A DNA stretch of 64,000 bases from Candidatus Woesebacteria bacterium (GTDB taxonomy: Bacteria > Patescibacteriota > Microgenomatia > UBA8517), in the NCBI GenBank assembly GCA_016432525.1, contig CP066693.1, forward strand, positions 288,815-352,814. The letters are read 5' to 3'. This document shows positions 39,373 to 48,379 of this stretch, piece by piece. Numbering within the stretch: the first letter of the stretch is position 1; the number at the start of each line of letters is the position of its first letter. A program made the translations under genes and the position numbers. The notes beneath the pieces are model-generated. The model was not told the DNA's origin. It worked only from the letters and a program-made list of their open reading frames with translations, and ran no database searches.

Positions 39373-40908
39373 ATGCCTGAGGAAATTGACGAAACGAAAT
39401 TGAAGTATGTTCTTTATGCTCGTAAATCTACAGACGATCCGCAGAGACAAGTGCGTTCGATAGAAGACCAAGTTTTTGAATGCATGCAACTCGCCGAACG
39501 GGCGGGGCTTACCGTGGTCGATGTCTTGAGAGAGAAAAAATCTGCCAAGAAACCAAACCAGAGACCAATTTTTTCTGGGATGCTTAAAGATATTAAAGCT
39601 GGTAAATATGACTCAATCCTTTCGTGGCATCCTGATAGGTTGGCTCGGAATATGAGGGAGGGCGGGGAAGTAATAGATATGATAGACGAGGGACAAATTA
39701 TTGACCTCAAGTTTGTTACTCACCATTTTACAAATGACGCCAATGGGAAGATGATTTTAGGACTCGCTTTTGTCCTGTCTAAGCAGTATTCAGACGATCT
39801 CTCTCAGAAAGTCACAAGGGGAGTCAGAAGGAGCTTCGCTGAAGGTAAGTCACCTGCACCAAAGTATGGATATATCAACGAAGGGGGAATTTATAAACCT
39901 GATGACAGGAACTTTGAGCTGATGTGTGAGGCTTGGCAAATGCGTAAAGAGATGAAATCTATTGGGCAGATAAGCGAACATCTCAATTCGCAAGGGTTAT
40001 ATAAAGAAACCAAAAATACAGGTAAGAAATTATTGATGACAATACAAAAGTTGAGTGGTATCTTTAAAGACTCTTTCTACTACGGTGTTCTTATACAAGC
40101 TAAACAGACAGTAGACCTGCGTGAGTTATATGACTTCCAGCCAGCCGTGAGTGAAGAAGATTATAATATCATCCAAGGCTACTCATACCGTAAAATTAAA
40201 GCCTCAACGCCTCACAGGCTAGTATTTTACCCTTTGCGAAAGATGATTGTTTGTAGCTTCTGTGGGAAGCCGTGCAGAGTTGGGAAGTCTTCAGGAAGAC
40301 TAACGACTTATCTTTATTATCGCTGTGACAATGCAGAGTGCGTAAGGAAGAAAAAATCTATTAGAGCAAAAGTCATATTTGACTTTATTTACGAGTATCT
40401 TAAGGGTGGTCTTAAGCTGACAGAGAAGCAATACAACGACTACTACGCTGGTATGGGTAAGATTGCGGATATGATGAGGCAGAAACTAACTGTGGAGATT
40501 CACAGCAAAGAAGGAGCCTTAAAGGTAGTCGAACAGGAATTGAAGGAGCGATCCTTAAACATCATTAAATATGATAAGGACTCAATAGTCTGGAAGACCA
40601 ACAATCAGAGGATTCTAGACCTTGAATCTCAGAAGAAAGTTTTGGGTAAAGAGATAGAAGTATTTAGAAACAGACTGACTGAGCCAGATAGTGATAGATT
40701 GAGCCTTGAGCAGTTCTTGAACCTATCAAAAAACGCCCCAGAGTTGGTTAAATCTGCTGAAGTAGTTTCTAAGGATGCAATTATCCGTTTGATTTTCTTG
40801 AACATGACAGTTGATGAAGAAAAAGTGACTGACTTTCGGCTCAAAGAGCCATTTGCTACACTCCTAAAAGATAGAAGCTTCCTACCTAGTCGGGGAGCCG
40901 AGAATTGA
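39373..40908 (+). CDS. large serine recombinase (resolvase/integrase family)
   Basis: N-terminal resolvase domain with catalytic Ser in YARKSTDD, DRLARN motif, recombinase domain, zinc ribbon (CSFCGKPC...CDNAEC) and a coiled-coil tail. Confidence 0.85.
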   Translation: MPEEIDETKLKYVLYARKSTDDPQRQVRSIEDQVFECMQLAERAGLTVVDVLREKKSAKKPNQRPIFSGMLKDIKAGKYDSILSWHPDRLARNMREGGEVIDMIDEGQIIDLKFVTHHFTNDANGKMILGLAFVLSKQYSDDLSQKVTRGVRRSFAEGKSPAPKYGYINEGGIYKPDDRNFELMCEAWQMRKEMKSIGQISEHLNSQGLYKETKNTGKKLLMTIQKLSGIFKDSFYYGVLIQAKQTVDLRELYDFQPAVSEEDYNIIQGYSYRKIKASTPHRLVFYPLRKMIVCSFCGKPCRVGKSSGRLTTYLYYRCDNAECVRKKKSIRAKVIFDFIYEYLKGGLKLTEKQYNDYYAGMGKIADMMRQKLTVEIHSKEGALKVVEQELKERSLNIIKYDKDSIVWKTNNQRILDLESQKKVLGKEIEVFRNRLTEPDSDRLSLEQFLNLSKNAPELVKSAEVVSKDAIIRLIFLNMTVDEEKVTDFRLKEPFATLLKDRSFLPSRGAEN

Positions 40909-40960
40909 ACTCGATCCAGACGCACCCCATGCGCCTATTCTACCGGTAAACTACTCCCCG
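40891..40960 (-). tRNA. tRNA-Pro (anticodon GGG)
   Basis: 70-nt cloverleaf read on the minus strand: 7-bp acceptor stem CGGGGAG/CTCCCCG, T-loop TTCAATT, anticodon loop AU-GGG-GU with G37, C1-G72 and A73 (Pro identity elements); the D-arm is short and weak; no encoded CCA. Confidence 0.6.
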
Positions 40961-41022
40961 TAGCATATGTATTCTACAATAAGCTTCTTGTTTTTAAAAA
41001 CTTCTAGTGTTATAAGGTAACA

Positions 41023-42096
41023 ATGGCGGCAAAGAAAAAAGACGAAGAAAAAAAAGTTGAAAGTCAATCTTCTCAAAAGCTTCAGGCAATAAAACTTGCA
41101 ATGCAGCAAATTGAAAAACAATTCGGTAAAGGCTCTATTATGAGACTAGGAGAACGAACTAATGGCCAGTTTCAAATTGAAACAATTCCAACCGGCTCAA
41201 TTGCCCTGGATTTGGCCCTAGGTGTTGGAGGTTTTCCAAGAGGTAGAATAATTGAAATCTATGGGCCAGAAGCATCAGGAAAAACAACTCTTGCGCTTCA
41301 TGTTATAGCTGAAGCACAAAAAAAGGGAGGCCAAGCTGCATTTATTGATGCTGAGCATGCCCTCGACCCAGTTAGAGCTGAAACAATTGGTGTAAATCTT
41401 GATGATTTACTTTTAAGCCAACCAGATACAGGCGAGCAAGCCTTAGAAATCACAGAAACTTTGATAAGATCTGGGGGGTTGGATGTAATTGTGGTTGATT
41501 CAGTTGCAGCTTTAGTTCCTCGTGCCGAGCTCGAAGGAGAAATGGGTGATGCGGTTATGGGAATGCAAGCTCGCTTAATGAGCCAAGCTTTAAGAAAATT
41601 AACAGGCGCCATTTCAAAATCTAAAACAATTCTAATTTTTACAAACCAACTTCGCCAAAAAATCGGTGTCATGTTTGGAAATCCAGAAACAACTCCAGGT
41701 GGCCTTGCTCTTAAATTCTACTCATCAGTTCGCCTAGATATTCGAAAAGTAGAATCAATTAAAAATGGAGAAAATGTGATTGGAACCCGTACTCGCGTTA
41801 GAGTTGTTAAAAATAAAGTAGCCCCTCCTCTTCGAGTAGCAGAGTTTGATATCATGAACGATGAAGGAATTTCAAAATCAGGCGGTCTTTTGGATGTTGC
41901 GGTAAATTTAGGTCTAATTGGAAAAAGTGGGTCTTTCTTTAATTACGAAGGAAAAGTTATAGCACAAGGTAGAGAAGGGGCAAAAGCTTACATTAAAGAA
42001 AATGAAAAATTTGCCCAAGAAATTGAGAAAAAAATAAGAGAAGAAGTAACATCTGGTAAAAAGCTTCCAAAAGAATTAGGCGAAGAAGAAGAATAA
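41023..42096 (+). CDS. recA: recombinase RecA
   Basis: Walker [11 protein letters not shown]1/L2 loops and a conserved core. Confidence 0.97.
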   Translation: MAAKKKDEEKKVESQSSQKLQAIKLAMQQIEKQFGKGSIMRLGERTNGQFQIETIPTGSIALDLALGVGGFPRGRIIEIYGPEASGKTTLALHVIAEAQKKGGQAAFIDAEHALDPVRAETIGVNLDDLLLSQPDTGEQALEITETLIRSGGLDVIVVDSVAALVPRAELEGEMGDAVMGMQARLMSQALRKLTGAISKSKTILIFTNQLRQKIGVMFGNPETTPGGLALKFYSSVRLDIRKVESIKNGENVIGTRTRVRVVKNKVAPPLRVAEFDIMNDEGISKSGGLLDVAVNLGLIGKSGSFFNYEGKVIAQGREGAKAYIKENEKFAQEIEKKIREEVTSGKKLPKELGEEEE

Positions 42097-42097
42097 A

Positions 42098-42532
42098 TTG
42101 CTAAATTATTTCGAAAAACTGCTTAAATTTGTCTCCATTCGTCCCCGCTCCGTTTATGAAGTCAAAAGTTGGTGTAGAAGAAAAAAAGTTGACCCCAAAA
42201 TCCAAGCTATTGTTTTAGAAAAATTAAAAGAATTAGAATTTTTAGATGATTACAAATTCTCTCTTTGGTGGATTGACCAAAGATTATCTTTCCGTCCAAA
42301 ATCAAAACGCCTATTAAAACTTGAACTTCTCAAAAAAGGCGTAAATAGAGAAATAATTCAAAAGGCCTTAGAAAGTGTTGAAATAGATGAAGCCGCAGTT
42401 GCAAAAAATTTAATTTATAAAAAAGAAAAAAGGTGGAAAAGATTAGATGAAATTGAAAAAAAGAAAAAAATTATTAATTTTCTAAAATCTCGTGGGTTTA
42501 ATTGGGAAATAATTAGGCGAGTAATTAATTAA
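42098..42532 (+). CDS. recX: regulatory protein RecX
   Basis: three-helix-repeat RecX family immediately downstream of recA; TTG start. Confidence 0.7.
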   Translation: MLNYFEKLLKFVSIRPRSVYEVKSWCRRKKVDPKIQAIVLEKLKELEFLDDYKFSLWWIDQRLSFRPKSKRLLKLELLKKGVNREIIQKALESVEIDEAAVAKNLIYKKEKRWKRLDEIEKKKKIINFLKSRGFNWEIIRRVIN

Positions 42533-42553
42533 AACTACTCGCCGTTTTTAGGC

Positions 42554-42952
42554 TTATTTACGTAGAAACGGAATTCTGTCCACTCCCGGCTCCAGTAATC
42601 CTGAAATAAAAGACCACCTTTGACGACGTTCTGACTCTGATATTGTATTGGCGCCGACAAATCCTATCGCTTTTACAGGCCTCCAAATAAAATGATTGGT
42701 ACTTTCTGAAAGAACTCGCACCATTTCGACAGTTATTTCATAACTGTTACTTGGATTGTGTCCAATCCAGAATCCCCAAGTGACAACTTCATAACTTTCG
42801 TTCAATTCTAACGTCAAATTAACAAGCTCTCGAAGCCAGGGAAGTGGATTTTCCACTCCGTGCATGTTAAAAATACTTACACAAACTGAAAGGCCTTGAG
42901 CAGTGCTCTCGCTAATTTTTAATATTGACATTTTAAAGTTCTCCCTCTTCAT
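42554..42952 (-). CDS. hypothetical protein (GC-rich ORF)
   Basis: 132 aa with no recognised motif; local GC is well above the window average. Confidence 0.4.
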   Translation of the reverse strand: MKRENFKMSILKISESTAQGLSVCVSIFNMHGVENPLPWLRELVNLTLELNESYEVVTWGFWIGHNPSNSYEITVEMVRVLSESTNHFIWRPVKAIGFVGANTISESERRQRWSFISGLLEPGVDRIPFLRK

Positions 42953-43053
42953 CTAGAAGATTTGGTCCGTCTGGGGCTAGGATTTTACCTCGTTATTGAG
43001 GTAAGAAATTTTATCACGGAACCTGCAAATAAACAAATTATAGGATTTTGTTA

Positions 43054-43082
43054 TTGACTATTTTGTTATAAAAAACTAAAAT
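43054..43082 (+). promoter_or_regulatory. sigma70-like promoter upstream of rny
   Basis: TTGACT, 17-nt spacer, TAAAAT, followed by the recurrent ACAT motif. Confidence 0.45.
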
Positions 43083-43181
43083 ACATGTGGAGAATATAAA
43101 ATGATCAAAAGATCTCCCTATTTAAAAATTTTCGGACTTTCTGCATAAGCGGAAAAGTATTTCTATTCTCCAAAATTAAAC

Positions 43182-44348
43182 ATGACAAAAAAACAAGATG
43201 ATTATGTTAAAAAATTAGAAAAAGCTTCATCACTTACTCGTGAAGAAGCGAAAAAGGAACTTTTATCTGAAGTCCAAAAAGAGCTTACTTCAGAAATTGC
43301 CAAAAAAATTCGTCAGGGAGAGGAACGAATTAAACTTGAAGCTAAAGAAAAAGCCAAGGAAATTTTGGCTGACGCCATGAAACAAGGCGCAACTTCCTAT
43401 ACAGCTGAGTTCACAATCTCAACAGTTACAGTCGATTCAGAAGAGGTCAAAGGTCGAATTATTGGTCGCGAAGGAAGAAACATAAGAGCTTTCGAAAAAG
43501 AAACAGGTGTTGAAATCGAGCTTGATGAAGGGCCTGTTATTCGCCTTTCAAGTTTTGATTCTATAAGACGCGAAATTGCCAGACGCTCACTTGAAATTCT
43601 TCTTAAAGATACCAGAATTCAGCCATCAAGAATTGAAGAAGTAGTTCACCAGGTAAGATCAGAAATGGATGACGTTCTTTTAGAAGAAGGTAAAAAAATT
43701 TCTCAAGAATGTGGAGTTTTTAATCTTCCAGCCGATCTTTTAATGTTAATTGGTCGTTACAGATTTAGAACTTCATACGGTCAAAACTTAGCGATTCATA
43801 CAATTGAAGAAACCAAAATGGGCGTCGCAATTGCAACAGAGCTTGGAGCAGATATTGAAACAGTGCGTTTGGGTTGTCTTCTTCATGATATTGGAAAAAT
43901 TGTGACTGACCAGGAAGGAACTCATGTTACAGTTGGAGTTGCAACATTAAAGCGTTTTAATCTTCCAAAAGAAGTAATTGCAGCTGTAGCCGAGCATCAT
44001 GAAGATAAGCCTTTCAGCTCCGTTGAGTCCGTCATAGTTTGGACTGCAGATGCAATTTCAGGTTCTCGCCCTGGAGCCCGTTATGAGCCTCACGAGGAAT
44101 ATGTAAAAAGAATGACTAAAATCGAAGAGATTGCTAGCCGCTTCCCAGGAGTAAAAGAAGCAGTTGCTTTCCAGGCCGGCCGCGACGTAAGAATTTTGGT
44201 CAATCCAGAAGAAGTCGATGACGACAAACTAACTGTTCTTGCCCACGACGTTGCCCGTGAACTTGAAAAAGAAGCAGAATATGCAGGACAAATTAAAGTA
44301 ACTGTTCTAAGAGAGACAAGAGCAACTGCAACTACAAGTGCAAAATGA
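43182..44348 (+). CDS. rny: ribonuclease Y (lacking the N-terminal membrane anchor)
   Basis: coiled-coil N-terminus, KH domain (IIGREGRNIRAFEKETGVEI) and HD domain (LLHDIGK). Confidence 0.8.
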   Translation: MTKKQDDYVKKLEKASSLTREEAKKELLSEVQKELTSEIAKKIRQGEERIKLEAKEKAKEILADAMKQGATSYTAEFTISTVTVDSEEVKGRIIGREGRNIRAFEKETGVEIELDEGPVIRLSSFDSIRREIARRSLEILLKDTRIQPSRIEEVVHQVRSEMDDVLLEEGKKISQECGVFNLPADLLMLIGRYRFRTSYGQNLAIHTIEETKMGVAIATELGADIETVRLGCLLHDIGKIVTDQEGTHVTVGVATLKRFNLPKEVIAAVAEHHEDKPFSSVESVIVWTADAISGSRPGARYEPHEEYVKRMTKIEEIASRFPGVKEAVAFQAGRDVRILVNPEEVDDDKLTVLAHDVARELEKEAEYAGQIKVTVLRETRATATTSAK

Positions 44349-44357
44349 TAAAAGCTC

Positions 44358-44386
44358 TTGACAAGCTTAAATTTATAGCTTATTCT
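44358..44386 (+). promoter_or_regulatory. sigma70-like promoter upstream of hup
   Basis: TTGACA, 17-nt spacer, TATTCT. Confidence 0.5.
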
Positions 44387-44403
44387 CAAGCTCAACAACA
44401 AAC

Positions 44404-44679
44404 ATGACAAAAAGACAAATGATTGATTTGGTCGCAAGAAAGGCCCATTTAACAAAAAGAGGTGCAGAAGAAGCAGTAGATGTCTTTTTAAATGAAATTG
44501 GCAGAGTCTTAGCCAAAGGTGAAAAAGTAGTTCTTTCAGGATTTGGAACCTTCAGAGTAATCTCAATGAAAGGTAAAACAGTTAAAATCCCTCAAACCGA
44601 TAAATTTGTAACCATAAAAGCCCATCGCTCTCCTCGCTTTACTCCAGGCAAGCGCCTCAAAAAACAGGTAACAAGATAA
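44404..44679 (+). CDS. hup: DNA-binding protein HU
   Basis: HU/IHF fold (GFGTFRV...RNPRT-like arm RSPRFTPGK). Confidence 0.9.
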   Translation: MTKRQMIDLVARKAHLTKRGAEEAVDVFLNEIGRVLAKGEKVVLSGFGTFRVISMKGKTVKIPQTDKFVTIKAHRSPRFTPGKRLKKQVTR

Positions 44680-44693
44680 TATAAAATAAAGAT

Positions 44694-45557
44694 GTGTTTA
44701 AACTCCTAGTTCTTTGTGGCCCAACAGCAATAGGTAAAACTGATCTCGCTTTTTATCTGGCCAAAAAGCTAAATGGTGAGCTTATCTCAGCCGACTCCCG
44801 CCAAGTTTACAAATATATGGATATAGGAACTGGCAAAGATTGGGGAGACGGGATAGTTAAAATCTGGGGCTATGATCTAGTTCGGCCCGACGAGCCATTT
44901 AGTGTCAAAAATTATATTGATTTTGCTCTCCCTAAGATTGAAGAAATTCAAAAAAGAGGTAAACTTCCAATTCTAGTGGGTGGAACAGGTTTGTATATAA
45001 AGGCAGTTCTGGATGGACTAGAAACTTTAGATATTCCACCCAATTATTTTTTACGAAAAGAATTAGAAAAGCAATCCACAACAGAATTGCTTAAAATTTT
45101 AAAAGAATTAAATCCTCAAAAAGCAACTTCTCTAAATGATTCTGACAGAAAAAACAAAAGAAGATTAATCCGTGCAATAGAAATCTCAAATTCTCCCAAA
45201 CCAAAAATCACAACAATCAAAAATTTTGATTTTTTAATGATAGGTTTAAATTTAAAAAAAGAATTGTTAGATCAAAAAATTGAACAAAGAGTAAACCAAA
45301 GATTAAACGCAGGTTTTGAAAAAGAACGGCAGTTCCTAAAAAGAAAAAATTTTTGGGCTGGTGCTCCAAGTCGAACCATCGGTTACAAAGAAGGAGATTG
45401 GTTAACTCAAGAAAAACAATATGCCAAACGTCAGCTTACTTGGTTCAAAAAAGATAAACGAATAATTTGGTTTGATGTATCTAGTTCCAATTTCAAAAAA
45501 AACATAGAAAATTTGGCTCAATTATGGTATAAGAATAAAGATGCCACAAAAATTTGA
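44694..45557 (+). CDS. miaA: tRNA dimethylallyltransferase
   Basis: P-loop CGPTAIGKT, SADSRQVYKYMDIGT. Confidence 0.85.
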   Translation: MFKLLVLCGPTAIGKTDLAFYLAKKLNGELISADSRQVYKYMDIGTGKDWGDGIVKIWGYDLVRPDEPFSVKNYIDFALPKIEEIQKRGKLPILVGGTGLYIKAVLDGLETLDIPPNYFLRKELEKQSTTELLKILKELNPQKATSLNDSDRKNKRRLIRAIEISNSPKPKITTIKNFDFLMIGLNLKKELLDQKIEQRVNQRLNAGFEKERQFLKRKNFWAGAPSRTIGYKEGDWLTQEKQYAKRQLTWFKKDKRIIWFDVSSSNFKKNIENLAQLWYKNKDATKI

Positions 45558-46524
45558 AACGTTTGAAATACAGAAAAAAACCATAATCTTCACATTTTTA
45601 CTAATTGGATCAATTTGGTTTGCCTTCACAATTAGAGACATCATCATGCAAGTTTTTGTAGCTCTTCTTCTAATGCTTATTCTAAACCCTTTTGTTAAAA
45701 AGATGTCTCACTTCAAAATCCCTCGCGCTCTTTCAATTTTTATTCTCTATATTCTCATTTTCGGTATTATCGGTATAAGTCTTGCAAGTATTATTCCAGC
45801 TTTAGTTGAACAGACCAATAATTTTGCCAAAAATCTACCCGATTATATTGCCAATTTGCCAATAAATATAACAATAAGGCAACAACTTGAAAAAGAATTT
45901 TTAACACAAATCGGAAACCTCCCTTCACAAATTGTTAACTTTACCATCTCAACTTTCTCAAATATAGTAGTTTTTCTGACAACTATCGTTTTTGCTTTCT
46001 TTCTTTTGTTATCAAGAGCCTCGATCGGAAAAGAATTTAAAGTCTACTTTGGAGACAAGATAGGGAACCAAATCGATGAACTCTTAGATGAACTTGAAGT
46101 AAAACTTGGTGGTTGGGTTAGAGGTCAATTGCTTCTCATGCTCACAGTAGGCCTTGCTACTTATATTGGCCTTATCATTCTTGGAATTCCATATGCACTT
46201 CCATTATCAATTTTGGCAGGTATTTTTGAAGCTCTCCCTGTTGTTGGACCAACAATAGGAGCAATTCCATCAGTTTTAATAGGTTTTGGGATTTCACCAA
46301 TTATGGGATTATCAGCTGCAGCTCTGGCATTTCTCATTCAACAAATAGAAAATAATATTTTGGTTCCAAAAATAATGGAAAAATCAGCAGGTTTTTCCCC
46401 AATAATCATTCTTTTAGCAATCTCAATTGGATTTAAATTAGGATCAGTTGCAGGCGTAATAATCTCAATACCAGTTTTAATAATTTCAACAGTTCTTCTT
46501 AAAAAACGACTTCACAAAAATTAG
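45541..46524 (+). CDS. AI-2E family transporter (UPF0118/PerM-like)
   Basis: 8 TM helices and a conserved GIPYALPLSILAGIFEALPVVGP segment. Confidence 0.75.
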   Translation: MPQKFETFEIQKKTIIFTFLLIGSIWFAFTIRDIIMQVFVALLLMLILNPFVKKMSHFKIPRALSIFILYILIFGIIGISLASIIPALVEQTNNFAKNLPDYIANLPINITIRQQLEKEFLTQIGNLPSQIVNFTISTFSNIVVFLTTIVFAFFLLLSRASIGKEFKVYFGDKIGNQIDELLDELEVKLGGWVRGQLLLMLTVGLATYIGLIILGIPYALPLSILAGIFEALPVVGPTIGAIPSVLIGFGISPIMGLSAAALAFLIQQIENNILVPKIMEKSAGFSPIIILLAISIGFKLGSVAGVIISIPVLIISTVLLKKRLHKN

Positions 46525-46556
46525 CCTAAATTGACATAGTTTGATATAATATATGT

Positions 46557-46850
46557 ATTCTGGAGAAAGGATAATCGCGCCTCCGAAGCTCGTAAGAGCG
46601 AAGGGGTGAGGAAAGTCCAGGCAGCAGAAGACAGGGTGTCCCGGCTAATATCGGGAACGGGTAACCGCTAGTTAGAGCAACAGAGACGAGTCTTTCATCA
46701 GCCTAAAGCTGATGAAAGGGTGAAACGGGCAATCCTCCCCGCTGCAACCTCCGAATTGGACCACGGGATGTCTTCCCCACGTCCTAAAGCATGAGGGCAT
46801 TAGACAGATGATTATCTAAAACAGAACCTGGCTTACTACTCTCCAGAATA
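46557..46850 (+). ncRNA. rnpB: RNase P RNA (bacterial type A, compact)
   Basis: conserved elements GGAAAGTCCAGGC, AGGGTGAAACGGG and ACAGAACCTGGCTTA; P1 pairing ATTCTGGAGA/TCTCCAGAAT; GC-rich relative to the genome. Confidence 0.8.
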
Positions 46851-46858
46851 TGATTAAT

Positions 46859-46882
46859 CCCACCCTAAAGGTGGGATTTTTC
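46859..46882 (+). terminator. rho-independent terminator after rnpB
   Basis: stem cccacc/ggtggg with loop ctaaa, followed by ATTTTT. Confidence 0.6.
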
Positions 46883-46899
46883 GTGCTAAAATACATTCT

Positions 46900-47343
46900 G
46901 TGCGTTTAATTATTCAAAGAGTCCAAAAAGCATCTGTTGCCAAAGTTGAAACCAACGAGATTGTTGGAAGAATCGATAAAGGCCTGTTTATTCTTTTTGG
47001 TGTTAAAAAGGCTGATACAGTAAAACAAGCCGAAGTCTTAGCTGAAAAAGTAATCAAATTAAGAATAATGGCAGACGATAAAGATAAAATGAATTTCTCA
47101 ATTAAAGACGTTGAAAGTCAAATTTTAGTAGTTTCCCAGTTTACTCTTTATGCCAATACAAAAGATGGCAATCGCCCTTCGTTTATTGACGCAGCTCTCC
47201 CAGACGATGCCGTCAAAATCTACGAGCATTTTATTCAAAAACTTAAAAGTTTAGGAGTTAAAGTTGAAACTGGAAGCTTTGGTGATTATATGAAAATAGA
47301 TTGTGTCCTTGATGGCCCTGTCACAATAATTTTGGAAAACTAA
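46900..47343 (+). CDS. dtd: D-aminoacyl-tRNA deacylase
   Basis: GTG start; SQFTL and DGPVT motifs. Confidence 0.85.
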   Translation: MRLIIQRVQKASVAKVETNEIVGRIDKGLFILFGVKKADTVKQAEVLAEKVIKLRIMADDKDKMNFSIKDVESQILVVSQFTLYANTKDGNRPSFIDAALPDDAVKIYEHFIQKLKSLGVKVETGSFGDYMKIDCVLDGPVTIILEN

Positions 47344-47942
47344 ATCAGTTTATTTTCCTTCAAAAATTCTCTCAATTTTCTCTCAGATCTATATTGTTGC
47401 CCAATTGAAACAAAAAGGCGATTTAAATCTGCCCAATATTTTTTAGGAAGTGTTTTATTTAATACCATCTCTGTTTGTTCTGGTGTTTTTGTATTAACCC
47501 AGCCCAAAATATTTGTAATTCTATGAACATGTGTATCAACTGCAATAGCAGATTCTTTAAATGCTCGATTTAAAACCAAGTTTGCAGTTTTGCGTCCCAC
47601 ACCGGGCAGTTTCATCAAATCATCACGATTATTAGGAATTCTACCTCCAAATTCATTTAAAACCATTTTTGACAACCTTTTTAAATATTTTGCTTTAGTC
47701 TTATAAAATCCAACAGGATAAATAAAATCTCTGATTTGAGATTCAGTTAAATCATCAAGTTTTTTAATATTAGAAGCTTTCTTAAATATTTTTTTGGAGA
47801 TTTTTAAGGTCAAATCATCTTTTGTTCTGGAAGATAAAAGTGTGGAAATTAAAGTTTTATATGGATCATGCCCATAAAATTCAAGCGGAACTAATTTGTA
47901 ATTTTTCTTAAACACATCAATTACTTTTTGATAATTTGCCAT
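47340..47942 (-). CDS. HhH-GPD base-excision DNA glycosylase, endonuclease III-like (no Fe-S cluster motif)
   Basis: HhH motif LPGVGRKTANLVL and catalytic-region VDTHVHR; no C-terminal Cys4 cluster. Confidence 0.8.
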   Translation of the reverse strand: MANYQKVIDVFKKNYKLVPLEFYGHDPYKTLISTLLSSRTKDDLTLKISKKIFKKASNIKKLDDLTESQIRDFIYPVGFYKTKAKYLKRLSKMVLNEFGGRIPNNRDDLMKLPGVGRKTANLVLNRAFKESAIAVDTHVHRITNILGWVNTKTPEQTEMVLNKTLPKKYWADLNRLFVSIGQQYRSERKLREFLKENKLI

Positions 47943-48008
47943 ACTTGTCCCTAACCCAAAAGAAGCCTCAGACTCGAAGCTCTTTTGGTTATTTAAAATC
48001 CAAAAAAC

Positions 48009-48149
48009 TTACTCAGCTTTTCCGATTCTAAACATTGTTGTTCCACAAACTTCACAAACGGCCTTTGTTGCTGGCTTTCCATTTTTCATGGTTACAGGTG
48101 TCTTATCTTTACCTTCTCTTTTAGCTCGGCATTTAACACAGTACATCAT
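48009..48149 (-). CDS. hypothetical small zinc-ribbon protein (46 aa)
   Basis: MMYCVKCRAK...CEVCGTT has two CxxC pairs; not in the ORF track. Confidence 0.35.
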   Translation of the reverse strand: MMYCVKCRAKREGKDKTPVTMKNGKPATKAVCEVCGTTMFRIGKAE

Positions 48150-48379
48150 ATTTGATAGTCACCTCCTCTCACGAGCCTAAGTATAACACCATCTATGCTT
48201 CAAGAAGCTTGAAAGAAATTTAAAAAGAAAGGAAGAGGTCAAATCTCAAGCCATAAACCTGGCTCTTTCTTGTGAATTTGGATCCCTAAAAAAATAGCCT
48301 CAATTCCCTCTTGACAGTCAATTGCGCCTTTGCAAAAAAGTGTTGTAAACTAGAAATACTTAGTTTAGTATTGATAGAC

